Below, in pieces: positions 1-8,214 of a DNA stretch of 53,404 nucleotides; the stretch's first letter is position 1; every line of letters begins with the position of its first letter. The stretch is from Alphaproteobacteria bacterium (GTDB taxonomy: Bacteria > Pseudomonadota > Alphaproteobacteria > UBA6615). Where the stretch lies: assembly GCA_965261975.1 (NCBI GenBank), contig CBDHEC010000025.1, positions 1-53,404 of the forward strand, given 5' to 3'. The translations under genes were made by a program, and so were the position numbers. The notes beneath the pieces were generated by a model. It was given only the letters and a program-made list of their open reading frames with translations. It had not been told where the DNA came from and ran no database searches.

Positions 1-434
1 GACAGACCGGTGAACTTCTCAGCGAAGTCGAGCCCGAGGATCTCCTGAAATTCGGTCTCATTCCCGAGTTCGTCGGGCGCCTGCCGGTGCTTGCGACGCT
101 TGGTGATCTTGATGAAGACGCCCTGATCCAGATTCTGACCCAGCCAAAGAACGCGCTGATCAAGCAGTATCAGCGTCTGTTCGAGATGGAGGGTGTCGAA
201 CTGTCCTTTGCCGAGGATTCGCTGCGGGCCATCTCGAAGAAGGCGATCGCCCGCAAGACCGGTGCACGCGGCCTGCGCTCGATTATGGAAAACATCCTGC
301 TCGACACGATGTTTGACTTGCCGGGCATGGACGGCGTCGAGGAGGTCGTGATCAACGGCGAAGTCGTCGATGGCAACGCGGCCCCGCTGCATATCTATGC
401 GGACAAGCGCGAGGATCTGGGCACCAGCGCCTGA
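1..434 (+). CDS. clpX: ATP-dependent Clp protease ATP-binding subunit ClpX (3' part; 5' truncated by window edge)
   Basis: Frame open from nt 3: [29 protein letters not shown]...[12 protein letters not shown]...[12 protein letters not shown], the ClpX C-terminal signature; lies directly upstream of lon. Confidence 0.97.
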   Translation, partial: QTGELLSEVEPEDLLKFGLIPEFVGRLPVLATLGDLDEDALIQILTQPKNALIKQYQRLFEMEGVELSFAEDSLRAISKKAIARKTGARGLRSIMENILLDTMFDLPGMDGVEEVVINGEVVDGNAAPLHIYADKREDLGTSA

Positions 435-534
435 TCCGGTTTGGACAGCCATCCGGCTGTCAGCCAACCTTGTCTTCTGCGAGAGTTCCCGCCGGCTCGT
501 CAATCCGGGTAATTTTCACAACTTGTTCCATCCC

Positions 535-564
535 CTTGATTGTCGGGACGCTTTGGACCAAATA
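535..564 (+). promoter_or_regulatory. Possible RpoH (sigma32)-type promoter for lon
   Basis: CTTGAT-N17-CCAAATA upstream of lon loosely matches alphaproteobacterial RpoH promoters (CTTG...CCyATAT). The spacer is slightly long. lon is a typical heat-shock gene. Confidence 0.3.
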
Positions 565-675
565 ATTGGTCATGGCGCGACTCGCCAAATCGGCGTTCCC
601 TGACTTCAGCCGTAAACCCATGCGCAAGGTTTTTTGGTTAATCTGAAAACCGAAATTGCGAAATCGGAATGCAAA

Positions 676-3090
676 ATGACTGATATTTCCAAAGGTAGCT
701 TGTTCCCGGTCCTGCCGTTACGCGACATCGTCGTGTTTCCGCACATGATCGTTCCCCTTTTCGTGGGGCGCGAAAAGTCTGTGCGGGCACTCGAGGATGT
801 GATGAAGGACGACAAGCAAATCCTTCTCGTGACCCAAAAGGACGCCGGCGAAGACGATCCGGCACCCGAGGACCTCTACAAGGTCGGGACAGTGGGCACG
901 ATCCTGCAGCTCCTCAAGCTCCCGGACGGCACGGTCAAGGTTCTGGTCGAAGGAAGCGCGCGCGCATCGGTCGTCGAGTTCACCGACAATGAGGATTTCT
1001 TCCAGGCCTTCGCGGAAGTCAGCGCCGATGCCCCGGAAGACGAAAGCGAGATCGAGGCGCTCGGCCGCTCGGTCGTCACCCAGTTCGAGCAGTACATCAA
1101 GCTGAACCGCAAGGTGCCGCCCGAGGTGCTCGTCTCGATCAACCAGATCGACGAGCCCAGCAAGCTGGCCGACACGATCGCGTCGCATCTGTCTCTCAAG
1201 ATTCCCGAGAAGCAGGAGCTGCTCGAGGCCGACACGATCCACAAGCGTCTGGAGAAGATCTACAGCTTCATGGAAGGCGAGATCGGTGTCCTTCAGGTCG
1301 AGAAACGGATCCGCAGCCGCGTCAAACGCCAGATGGAGAAGACGCAGCGCGAGTATTATCTGAACGAACAGCTCAAGGCGATCCAGAAGGAACTTGGCGA
1401 GGCCGAGGACGGCCGCGACGAACTCCAGGAACTCGAAGACCGGATCAAGAAAACGCGCCTGACCAAGGAAGCGGAAGAGAAGGTCGGACAGGAGCTGAAG
1501 AAACTTCGCAATATGAGCCCGATGTCGGCCGAAGCGACCGTCGTGCGCAACTATCTCGACTGGATCCTTGCGATCCCGTGGAAGAAGCGTTCGCGGGTCA
1601 AGAAAGACATCATGGCGGCCCATGAGGTTCTCGATCAGGACCATTACGGTCTCGACAAGGTCAAGGAGCGTATCCTCGAATATCTCGCCGTGCAGCAGCG
1701 CATGTCGAAGATCAAGGGACCGATCCTGTGTCTGGTCGGGCCTCCGGGCGTGGGCAAGACGTCCCTCGGTAAATCGGTCGCACGCGCGACCGGGCGCAAA
1801 TTCGTGCGCATGTCCCTGGGTGGCGTTCGCGACGAGGCGGAAGTCCGCGGGCACCGGCGTACCTATATCGGCTCGATGCCGGGCAAGGTGATCCAGGGCA
1901 TGAAGAAGGCCGGGACCTCGAACCCGCTCTTCCTGCTCGATGAAATCGACAAGCTGGGTGCCGACTGGCGCGGCGACCCGTCTTCGGCCCTTCTCGAAGT
2001 ACTCGACCCGGAACAGAACCATACGTTCCAGGATCATTATCTGGAGGTCGATTACGACCTGTCGGACGTGATGTTCGTCTGCACGGCCAATTCGATGCGC
2101 ATGCCGGGGCCGCTGATGGACCGGATGGAGATCATCCGGATCCCGGGCTACACCGAGGACGAGAAGGTAGAGATTGCCAAACGTCATCTGATCGCCAAGC
2201 AGGTGACAGAGAACGGCCTCAAGGAAGAGGAGTGGTCGATTTCCGACACCGCGTTGCGCGACCTCATCCGCTACTACACCCGCGAAGCCGGCGTCCGCAG
2301 TCTCGAGCGCGAGATTGCCAACCTGGCGCGTAAGGCGGTCAAGGAAATCGCGGTCGAGAAGGATGTCGACGCCGTGAAGGTGACGGTCAAGAATCTCGAC
2401 AAGTATGCCGGTATCCGGAAGTTCCGCTTTGGTGAGACCGAAGCAGATGATCTGGTCGGCGTGGTCACCGGGCTTGCCTGGACCGAGGTCGGCGGTGAAT
2501 TGCTGACGGTCGAAGCGCTCCTGATGCCGGGTAAGGGCAAAGTTACCGTCACCGGCAAACTCGGGGACGTGATGCAGGAATCCGTGCAGGCAGCCAACGC
2601 CTATGTGCGTTCACGCGCGATCGAGTTCGGTATCGAACCGCCGTTGTTTGAACGGCGCGACATTCATATTCACGTACCCGAAGGGGCCGTGCCGAAAGAC
2701 GGTCCGTCTGCCGGCGTGGGGATGGTCACATCCATGGTCTCCGCGCCTACCCAGACCCCGGTTCGCAAGGATGTCGCCATGACCGGCGAGATCTCGCTGC
2801 GCGGCCGTGTTCTGCCGATTGGCGGGCTCAAGGAGAAGCTGCTTGCCGCGTTGCGTGGCGGGGTGAAGACCGTGATCATTCCACAGGACAATGAAAAGGA
2901 CCTGGCCGACATTCCGGACAATGTCACGAAGGGGCTTGAAATCATCCCGGTGACCACCGTTGATGAAGTCCTGGAACACGCGTTGAGCCAGCCTTTGGTG
3001 CCTATCGAGTGGGACGAATCGGAACACGAGTCGGGCTCTGTTTCGGGCAAAGATGACGATTCCGACACCTCTGGTGTGGTGCGTCATTAG
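676..3090 (+). CDS. lon: Endopeptidase La (Lon protease)
   Basis: PVLPLRDIVVFP N-domain, Walker A GPPGVGKTS, Walker B LLDEIDK, catalytic Ser in KDGPSAG and Lys in GGLKEK. ATG at 676 chosen over TTG at 634. Confidence 0.98.
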   Translation: MTDISKGSLFPVLPLRDIVVFPHMIVPLFVGREKSVRALEDVMKDDKQILLVTQKDAGEDDPAPEDLYKVGTVGTILQLLKLPDGTVKVLVEGSARASVVEFTDNEDFFQAFAEVSADAPEDESEIEALGRSVVTQFEQYIKLNRKVPPEVLVSINQIDEPSKLADTIASHLSLKIPEKQELLEADTIHKRLEKIYSFMEGEIGVLQVEKRIRSRVKRQMEKTQREYYLNEQLKAIQKELGEAEDGRDELQELEDRIKKTRLTKEAEEKVGQELKKLRNMSPMSAEATVVRNYLDWILAIPWKKRSRVKKDIMAAHEVLDQDHYGLDKVKERILEYLAVQQRMSKIKGPILCLVGPPGVGKTSLGKSVARATGRKFVRMSLGGVRDEAEVRGHRRTYIGSMPGKVIQGMKKAGTSNPLFLLDEIDKLGADWRGDPSSALLEVLDPEQNHTFQDHYLEVDYDLSDVMFVCTANSMRMPGPLMDRMEIIRIPGYTEDEKVEIAKRHLIAKQVTENGLKEEEWSISDTALRDLIRYYTREAGVRSLEREIANLARKAVKEIAVEKDVDAVKVTVKNLDKYAGIRKFRFGETEADDLVGVVTGLAWTEVGGELLTVEALLMPGKGKVTVTGKLGDVMQESVQAANAYVRSRAIEFGIEPPLFERRDIHIHVPEGAVPKDGPSAGVGMVTSMVSAPTQTPVRKDVAMTGEISLRGRVLPIGGLKEKLLAALRGGVKTVIIPQDNEKDLADIPDNVTKGLEIIPVTTVDEVLEHALSQPLVPIEWDESEHESGSVSGKDDDSDTSGVVRH

Positions 3091-3162
3091 GGTTGACGAG
3101 GCTACAACGCCGAGTCGCAACACAATTTTCGCTAAAAACCCCGGAATTCCGGGCCGTTTTGA

Positions 3163-3192
3163 TTGACGGCTCGGAATCCCGGCTTCTAGACT
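3163..3192 (+). promoter_or_regulatory. Putative sigma70 promoter of hupB
   Basis: TTGACG-N18-TAGACT about 75 nt upstream of the HU start codon. Confidence 0.5.
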
Positions 3193-3266
3193 CCCCGGAC
3201 TGTTTGGTGTGGGACTTCCCGATCCAGACTTCAGATCCACTGAACCAACCCATAAGGGGGTCAATT

Positions 3267-3538
3267 GTGAACAAGAACGATCTCGTCGCATCCGTTGCTG
3301 ACTCATCCGGCCTTTCCAAGGCTGACGCCGGTAAGGCGGTCGACAGTGTGCTCGACAACATTACAAGTGCTCTCCAGGCCGGAAATGAAATCCGCCTCGT
3401 GGGTTTCGGTACCTTCTCCGTCGCCCAGCGTAAGGCCACGACCGGTCGCAATCCGCAGACGGCGCTGCCATCCAGATTCCGGCCTCGAAGCAGCCCAAGT
3501 TCAAGGCGGGCAAGGCTCTCAAGGACGCTGTGAACTAA
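3267..3538 (+). CDS. hupB: DNA-binding protein HU (one apparent 1-nt deletion at ~3460, probably a sequence error)
   Basis: GTG at 3267 after AAGGGGG gives MNKNDLVASVA...LVGFGTFSVAQRKATTGRNPQT. The shifted frame continues GAAIQIPASKQPKFKAGKALKDAVN* (TAA 3536-3538). Restoring one base gives a canonical 90-aa HU. Confidence 0.95.
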
Positions 3539-3561
3539 ACTGAAGCGTTTTCGCGTTTTGC

Positions 3562-3601
3562 GCGGGCCGGCCGTAGTTTCTGCGGCCGGCCCGCTGCATT
3601 T
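3562..3601 (+). terminator. GC-rich hairpin after hupB (putative intrinsic terminator)
   Basis: GCGGGCCGGCCG (3562-3573) pairs with CGGCCGGCCCGC (3583-3594); the downstream T tract is weak. Confidence 0.55.
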
Positions 3602-3675
3602 GCGGGTTTGGTTTTCCTCCAATTGTTAGCTGGGGCTGGCCCGCAACATGGCAATTGGGATAGAACCCCGACACC

Positions 3676-3751
3676 GGGCGGTTAGCTCAGCTGGCAGAGC
3701 ATCTCGTTTACACCGAGAGGGTCGGCGGTTCGATCCCGTCACCGCCCACCA
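3676..3751 (+). tRNA. tRNA-Val (anticodon TAC)
   Basis: GGGCGGTTAGCTCAGCTGG...TCTCG-TT-TAC-AC-CGAGA...GGTTCGATCCC...ACCGCCCACCA; 76 nt, full cloverleaf, encoded CCA. Confidence 0.97.
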
Positions 3752-3777
3752 TTCTCTTCGCCGAACGGAGAATTGCG

Positions 3778-4838
3778 ATGTCCGCGACCGACACTATGCG
3801 GGCCGTCTATCTGGACGGGCATGAAGGCCTATCATCGGTCGTCGTCGGGGAGCGGCCCAAGCCGGGCTTCGGCGCCGGGGATGTGCGCATCCGGATCGCG
3901 GCCGCGGGCATCAATCGTGTCGATCTCTACATGGCGAATGACGGCAGCGGGTTTCGCCACGAATTGCCGCTGATCATGGGCGTGGACGGCGCCGGGGTCA
4001 TCGATGCCGTCGGCCATGGCGTGTCGCACCGCAAGCCGGGCGAGCGCGTGGTGATCTATCCGTCGCGCTTTGGAGATGACGAGTTCAGCCGTCGCGGCGA
4101 TCAGATGCTGTCCTTCGAGCGTTCGATCCCGGGTGAAAATTTCGATGGCACCTTCGCCGACTACATCGTCGTCCCCGCGGCTGTGCGTTCCCGATTTCCG
4201 ACGCGTTGAGTTTCCGCGACGCCGCCGTGCTGCCGACGGCCTACCTGACGGCCTGGCGCATGGTCACGACGGCCGGGCGGGTGACCCAGGAAGATACGGT
4301 CCTGATCCACGGGGTCGGTGGCGGCGCGTCTTTGGCGGCCTTGCAGTTTTGCAAGATGCGCAACGCGCGCGTCATCGTGACATCTTCATCCGACGAGAAA
4401 CTCGCCGTGGCGAAACAGTACGGCGCCGACGTGCTGGTCAATTACCGAAACGACGACGTCCTGGATGCCGTTCGCGCCGCGACGAACAAACGCGGGGTCG
4501 ATGTCGTCATCGAGAATGTCGGCGAGGCGACCTGGGACACGTCGATGCGCGCTGCCGTGGGTGGCGGACGGATCGTCGTGTGCGGCGCGACGTCGGGTCC
4601 CAATCCCAAGGCCGACCTGCAACGCCTGTTCATTCGGCAATTGCAGGTCATCGGGGTGACCATCGGTAACTTCGAAGAGTTTCGAACCCTGATCGATGCG
4701 GCGGAGCGCAAGCTGTTCACGCCGCATTTCGACAGCCTCTACGCCCTGGAAGACGTGCCTGCGGCACTGCAAAAACTCGAGAGCGGCGAGCAGGTTGGCA
4801 AGATAGGCATTACGGTCAATGCGGACCTGGGTGAATAG
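3778..4838 (+). CDS. Medium-chain dehydrogenase/reductase (Zn-independent, quinone/enoyl reductase-like); one apparent 1-nt deletion at ~4181
   Basis: ORFs 3778-4209 (GroES-like domain: VRIRIAAAGINRVD, GVDGAGVI) and 4206-4838 (AAVLPTAYLTAW, VLIHGVGGGA, RGVDVVIENVG, GKIGI) join into one MDR if one base is restored near 4181. Confidence 0.85.
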
Positions 4839-4848
4839 GGACTGAATC

Positions 4849-5610
4849 ATGGGACAGCTCGACGGCAAGGTTGCGATCGTCACCGGCGGCGGCAGGGGTA
4901 TCGGCCGCGCTTATTGCGAGGCGCTGGCCACTGAGGGGGCCGGCGTCGTCGCGGCGGATATCCGTGATACGGGCGAAACGGTTGCGGCTGTCGAGGCCGC
5001 CGGCGGCAAGATCATTGGTGTGCCCCTCGATGTAGCCGACATGGACAGCTGTTCTGCGATGGCGGATGCAGCGCTGGCTGAATTCGGCCGGATCGATGCG
5101 CTGGTCAACAACGCGGCTCTCTACGGCGACATATCCGGCGGGCGTTTCGACAGTCTTTCAGACGACCAGTGGGACCGGGTGATGGCCGTCAACGTCAAGG
5201 GCATCTGGCAATGCTGCAAGGCATGTGTGCCCGCCATGCGCGAGGCGGGAGGCGGTTCGATCGTTAATATCTCCTCACTCGCGGCCAAGTACGGCATGGC
5301 CTACGCGGTGGATTATGCGACCTCCAAGGCGGCGGTCATCGGCATGACGCGTTCACTCGCGCGCGAACTCGGCCGGGACTGGATCCGGGTCAATGCGGTC
5401 GCACCAAGTGCGGTACAGACGGAAGGCACGGATGAGTTCATGGGCGAGAAGCGGGACGGCATAATGGATGCCATCGCCCGGAGCCAGAGCCTGAAAAGCA
5501 ACCTTGAGCCGACAGACATGACCGGTACAATTATCTATCTCGCATCTGATGCGAGCCGCTTCGTGACCGGGCAGACAATCATGGTCGATGGCGGCACGGT
5601 GATGTTGTAG
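4849..5610 (+). CDS. Short-chain dehydrogenase/reductase (classical SDR)
   Basis: TGGGRGIG Rossmann motif, LVNNA, IVNISS, catalytic YATSK, and GQTIMVDGG C-terminus. Asp at the end of beta2 (AADI) suggests NAD preference. Confidence 0.95.
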   Translation: MGQLDGKVAIVTGGGRGIGRAYCEALATEGAGVVAADIRDTGETVAAVEAAGGKIIGVPLDVADMDSCSAMADAALAEFGRIDALVNNAALYGDISGGRFDSLSDDQWDRVMAVNVKGIWQCCKACVPAMREAGGGSIVNISSLAAKYGMAYAVDYATSKAAVIGMTRSLARELGRDWIRVNAVAPSAVQTEGTDEFMGEKRDGIMDAIARSQSLKSNLEPTDMTGTIIYLASDASRFVTGQTIMVDGGTVML

Positions 5611-5712
5611 TGGGCGACTTGCCGCGGCGCGTTCGCCGACATATCTAGATCGAAATCTTCAGAGCAAGCGCGCGGATCAATCCGTGCTGAAAATAAAACA
5701 AAGGGCAGGACG

Positions 5713-6906
5713 ATGAGCATGACACCCCTCGAAGAAATTGGTGAACCCCTCTACTACATCGCGGCGAATGCCGCCGAGGCAGGATTCCCGACACCGCCGA
5801 ACCCCCATGGCCAGTCCCTGCGCACCTGGGTTCGGTCCCTGGGCGGCATGCAGAAAGAGGCGCTTGTCGTGAACGCGGCCACCGGCACCGCGTGGCGTTT
5901 CGCATGCGATGAGGGTGAGCATCTGGGGGGGTTCAACAAGGCGCCGAACCCGCTGACCTACCTCAGCGCGGGCATGATCGCGTCTTATATGAACGAGATC
6001 GTCGCCCTTGCCGAACAGCGCCAGATCGAGCTGCGCGACCTCGAACTCGTGCTCGAGAACAAATATTATCGAGAGGGTGACTTCCGCAAAGGCACAATGA
6101 ACAGCGGCGCGATGGCGCCGGAGCTGACGGTCAATTGCGAGGCGGATTGCGACGACGCGGAACTGCAGACATTGCTCTATGAGGCGGTTGCAGCAGCGCC
6201 CCTCAACGGCCTCGCACGTGGTGAACATCCAAGCCTGTTCACCCTCGTCCACAACGGCAAGGTCCTGACCCCGAGCGCGGTAACGCCGCTCGACATGGAA
6301 CCGTTCCCCAACCCGGGCGACAATTTCCCCAATCTCGAACGCCTGGCCGACAGCCCGGCCGTCGACGATCTCGTGCTCTTCATGCGCGAGGAAGGGCCGG
6401 CCTATGAAGCCTTCCTCAAAACCCGTATCGCGACGGACGCGGAGCGCGGTGACATTTCCAATCTGCACATGCACACGAGCTGCGTGCTGCGTGAGGATGG
6501 CGTGAAGCACATCATGAAGGAACAGTACGGCCCCGAAGCGCCGAGCTGGGAATTCCTGTCATCCGAAGACGGGCGCGCACCGGATGCGGCCTCGCTGATC
6601 TCGGGCGGGATTGGCCTGTGCTTCATGACCCAGATGGGCCGTTTCTCGAAGATGGCGAAATTGCCGCTGACGGGTTACTCGGTCATTCAGGACACCCATT
6701 TCTCACTCGGCGGCGCGTCGGGCGGCACGGGGAAGGCAGCCGTTGCCCAGCCGGTGGAAACCCATGTCTATCTTGAAACGGATGCGGATGATGACACGGC
6801 CCAGAAGATCCTGGAGGTCGGCGAGCGGACCTGCTTCCTGCACGCCTTCTGCCGGGATGACCTGAAGCCGAAGGTGCGCGGCAGCAAACGGTCCCGCGCG
6901 GCCTAG
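5713..6906 (+). CDS. Tandem OsmC-like domain protein
   Basis: Two OsmC/Ohr-type repeats: CDEGEHLGG...APNPLTYLSAGMIASYM...AAAPL and APDAASLISGGIGLCFMTQ...GERTCFLHA. Confidence 0.75.
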   Translation: MSMTPLEEIGEPLYYIAANAAEAGFPTPPNPHGQSLRTWVRSLGGMQKEALVVNAATGTAWRFACDEGEHLGGFNKAPNPLTYLSAGMIASYMNEIVALAEQRQIELRDLELVLENKYYREGDFRKGTMNSGAMAPELTVNCEADCDDAELQTLLYEAVAAAPLNGLARGEHPSLFTLVHNGKVLTPSAVTPLDMEPFPNPGDNFPNLERLADSPAVDDLVLFMREEGPAYEAFLKTRIATDAERGDISNLHMHTSCVLREDGVKHIMKEQYGPEAPSWEFLSSEDGRAPDAASLISGGIGLCFMTQMGRFSKMAKLPLTGYSVIQDTHFSLGGASGGTGKAAVAQPVETHVYLETDADDDTAQKILEVGERTCFLHAFCRDDLKPKVRGSKRSRAA

Positions 6907-6915
6907 TCGGAAGGG

Positions 6916-8151
6916 CTACTCCGCGGCGGCGACGAAGTCCGGCGTCTCGAGCTCGGGGACGACCTTCTCCATGAAGAGCTGCAGCTCTTCGAGCATCTCG
7001 TCCTTGGGCTGCTGGGCCCAGTGCCAGATCAGGGTGATGTATTCGCACGGAATGCGCGAATAGATATCCTTCCAGTCGGCGATCGCATCATCAATCGTGC
7101 CGCCGAGGAAGAACTTATGCTCCTTCATCGCGCGGAACGCGGCCTCGGCATCGTTGTTGACCGGGTCCACATTGTGGTTGCCGAACACCGAGTAGAAATT
7201 CTTGAAGATGTCGAGGTCATAGGCCCGCAGCTTGCGGTCGAAATCCTCGGCTGATTTCCCGATCCGGGTGTGGCGCACGATGTTTTGCATCTGCCCATAT
7301 TGGAGCTGGCGCCCATGCTTGGCGGCCTCCTCCTGATAGACGCCGGCAAGCTCGACGACGCCATCGGTCGGGTTGAAGTAGCTCGGCCGGAACCCGTGCT
7401 TGGCGGCAAACTCGATCGTGGCGCGTGAGCGGGCAACCGCACAGAACACTGGCGGGTGCGGGTCCTGGAACGGCTTCGGCACGACGGAGATGCGGCGGAG
7501 CACGCCGTCATCGTCGATCTCACCTTCGGCACCCGCCTCGCGCGCGATCTCGTAGCCCTCGTAATCGGCGATGCCCGTGTCATGGGGGTAGGGGGCTTGG
7601 CAGAACTTGCCGTTGAGCTCGACCGAATCCTTGGTCCAGCAATCGAGCACCATCTCGACGCGCTCTTCGAAGATCTCCCGGTTCTTGGCATCGTTGGAGC
7701 TGCCGTCAGACACCGTCGCGACGGCGTCGTTGGCCTGGCCCAGGATATTTGCCCAGCGCGACTGGTAGCCGCGCGCGAAGCCGACGAAGTATTTGCCGTT
7801 GGTCAGGTGGTCGATGATCGCGGTTTCTTCGGCGACGCGGATCGGGTCATGAGTGGCCATGACATAGCCGAAAGCCCCGACATGGATGTTCTTGGCGTGA
7901 GACGCCCAGTGCGCATTCATGACGCCCGGGTTCGGCCCGACCTCGTAGCCTTCGGAATGCAGATGATGCTCGATCGTGGACATGCCCCATACGCCCATCT
8001 CGTCGGCGGCCTTGAGGATGTCGGTCCACTCATGGACGATCTTGTTGTACAGGCCGGCGTCACGACCGATCGGTCGTTTGGCGCGGCGATCATGTTCGTC
8101 CTCGGCCGGGATGACCGGGTACAGCTGGACAATGACTTTGGGCGTTCCCAT
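6916..8151 (-). CDS. Luciferase-like (LLM class) flavin-dependent monooxygenase
   Basis: EHH motif, HDPIRVAEETAIIDHLTNGKYFVGFARGYQ, PKPFQDPHPP and ELFMEKVVP-type C-terminus (here LQLFMEKVVPEL); 411 aa. Confidence 0.92.
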   Translation of the reverse strand: MGTPKVIVQLYPVIPAEDEHDRRAKRPIGRDAGLYNKIVHEWTDILKAADEMGVWGMSTIEHHLHSEGYEVGPNPGVMNAHWASHAKNIHVGAFGYVMATHDPIRVAEETAIIDHLTNGKYFVGFARGYQSRWANILGQANDAVATVSDGSSNDAKNREIFEERVEMVLDCWTKDSVELNGKFCQAPYPHDTGIADYEGYEIAREAGAEGEIDDDGVLRRISVVPKPFQDPHPPVFCAVARSRATIEFAAKHGFRPSYFNPTDGVVELAGVYQEEAAKHGRQLQYGQMQNIVRHTRIGKSAEDFDRKLRAYDLDIFKNFYSVFGNHNVDPVNNDAEAAFRAMKEHKFFLGGTIDDAIADWKDIYSRIPCEYITLIWHWAQQPKDEMLEELQLFMEKVVPELETPDFVAAAE

Positions 8152-8214
8152 GGCGTGCTCTCTCAGAATTCCATTATTGGTAACATTCTGGCACCGACCT
8201 GCGCCGATGAATAG

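Noticed and set aside
718-2187. Long antisense ORFs (e.g. 718-2187, 11807-13051, 15989-17410, 25864-27339, 43542-45023, 48660-50075)
   Set aside because: They mirror well-conserved sense genes and show no recognisable motifs. Such shadow ORFs are expected from high-GC codon bias.
2746-2748. Pro in place of the usual Leu in Lon (VSAPT vs SALT)
   Set aside because: A single substitution in an assembly with evident base errors. The catalytic Ser-Lys dyad is intact, so it cannot be interpreted.
3140-3153. Perfect 14-bp palindrome CCCGGAATTCCGGG between lon and hupB
   Set aside because: It is flanked by A and T runs and is most simply part of a lon terminator hairpin. There is a single copy and no evidence for another role.
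3093-3533. 146-aa HU with N-terminal extension and novel Arg/Ser-rich C-terminus
   Set aside because: The real start is GTG at 3267 with an RBS. The odd tail results from the 1-nt deletion, and the canonical tail is present in the neighbouring frame.
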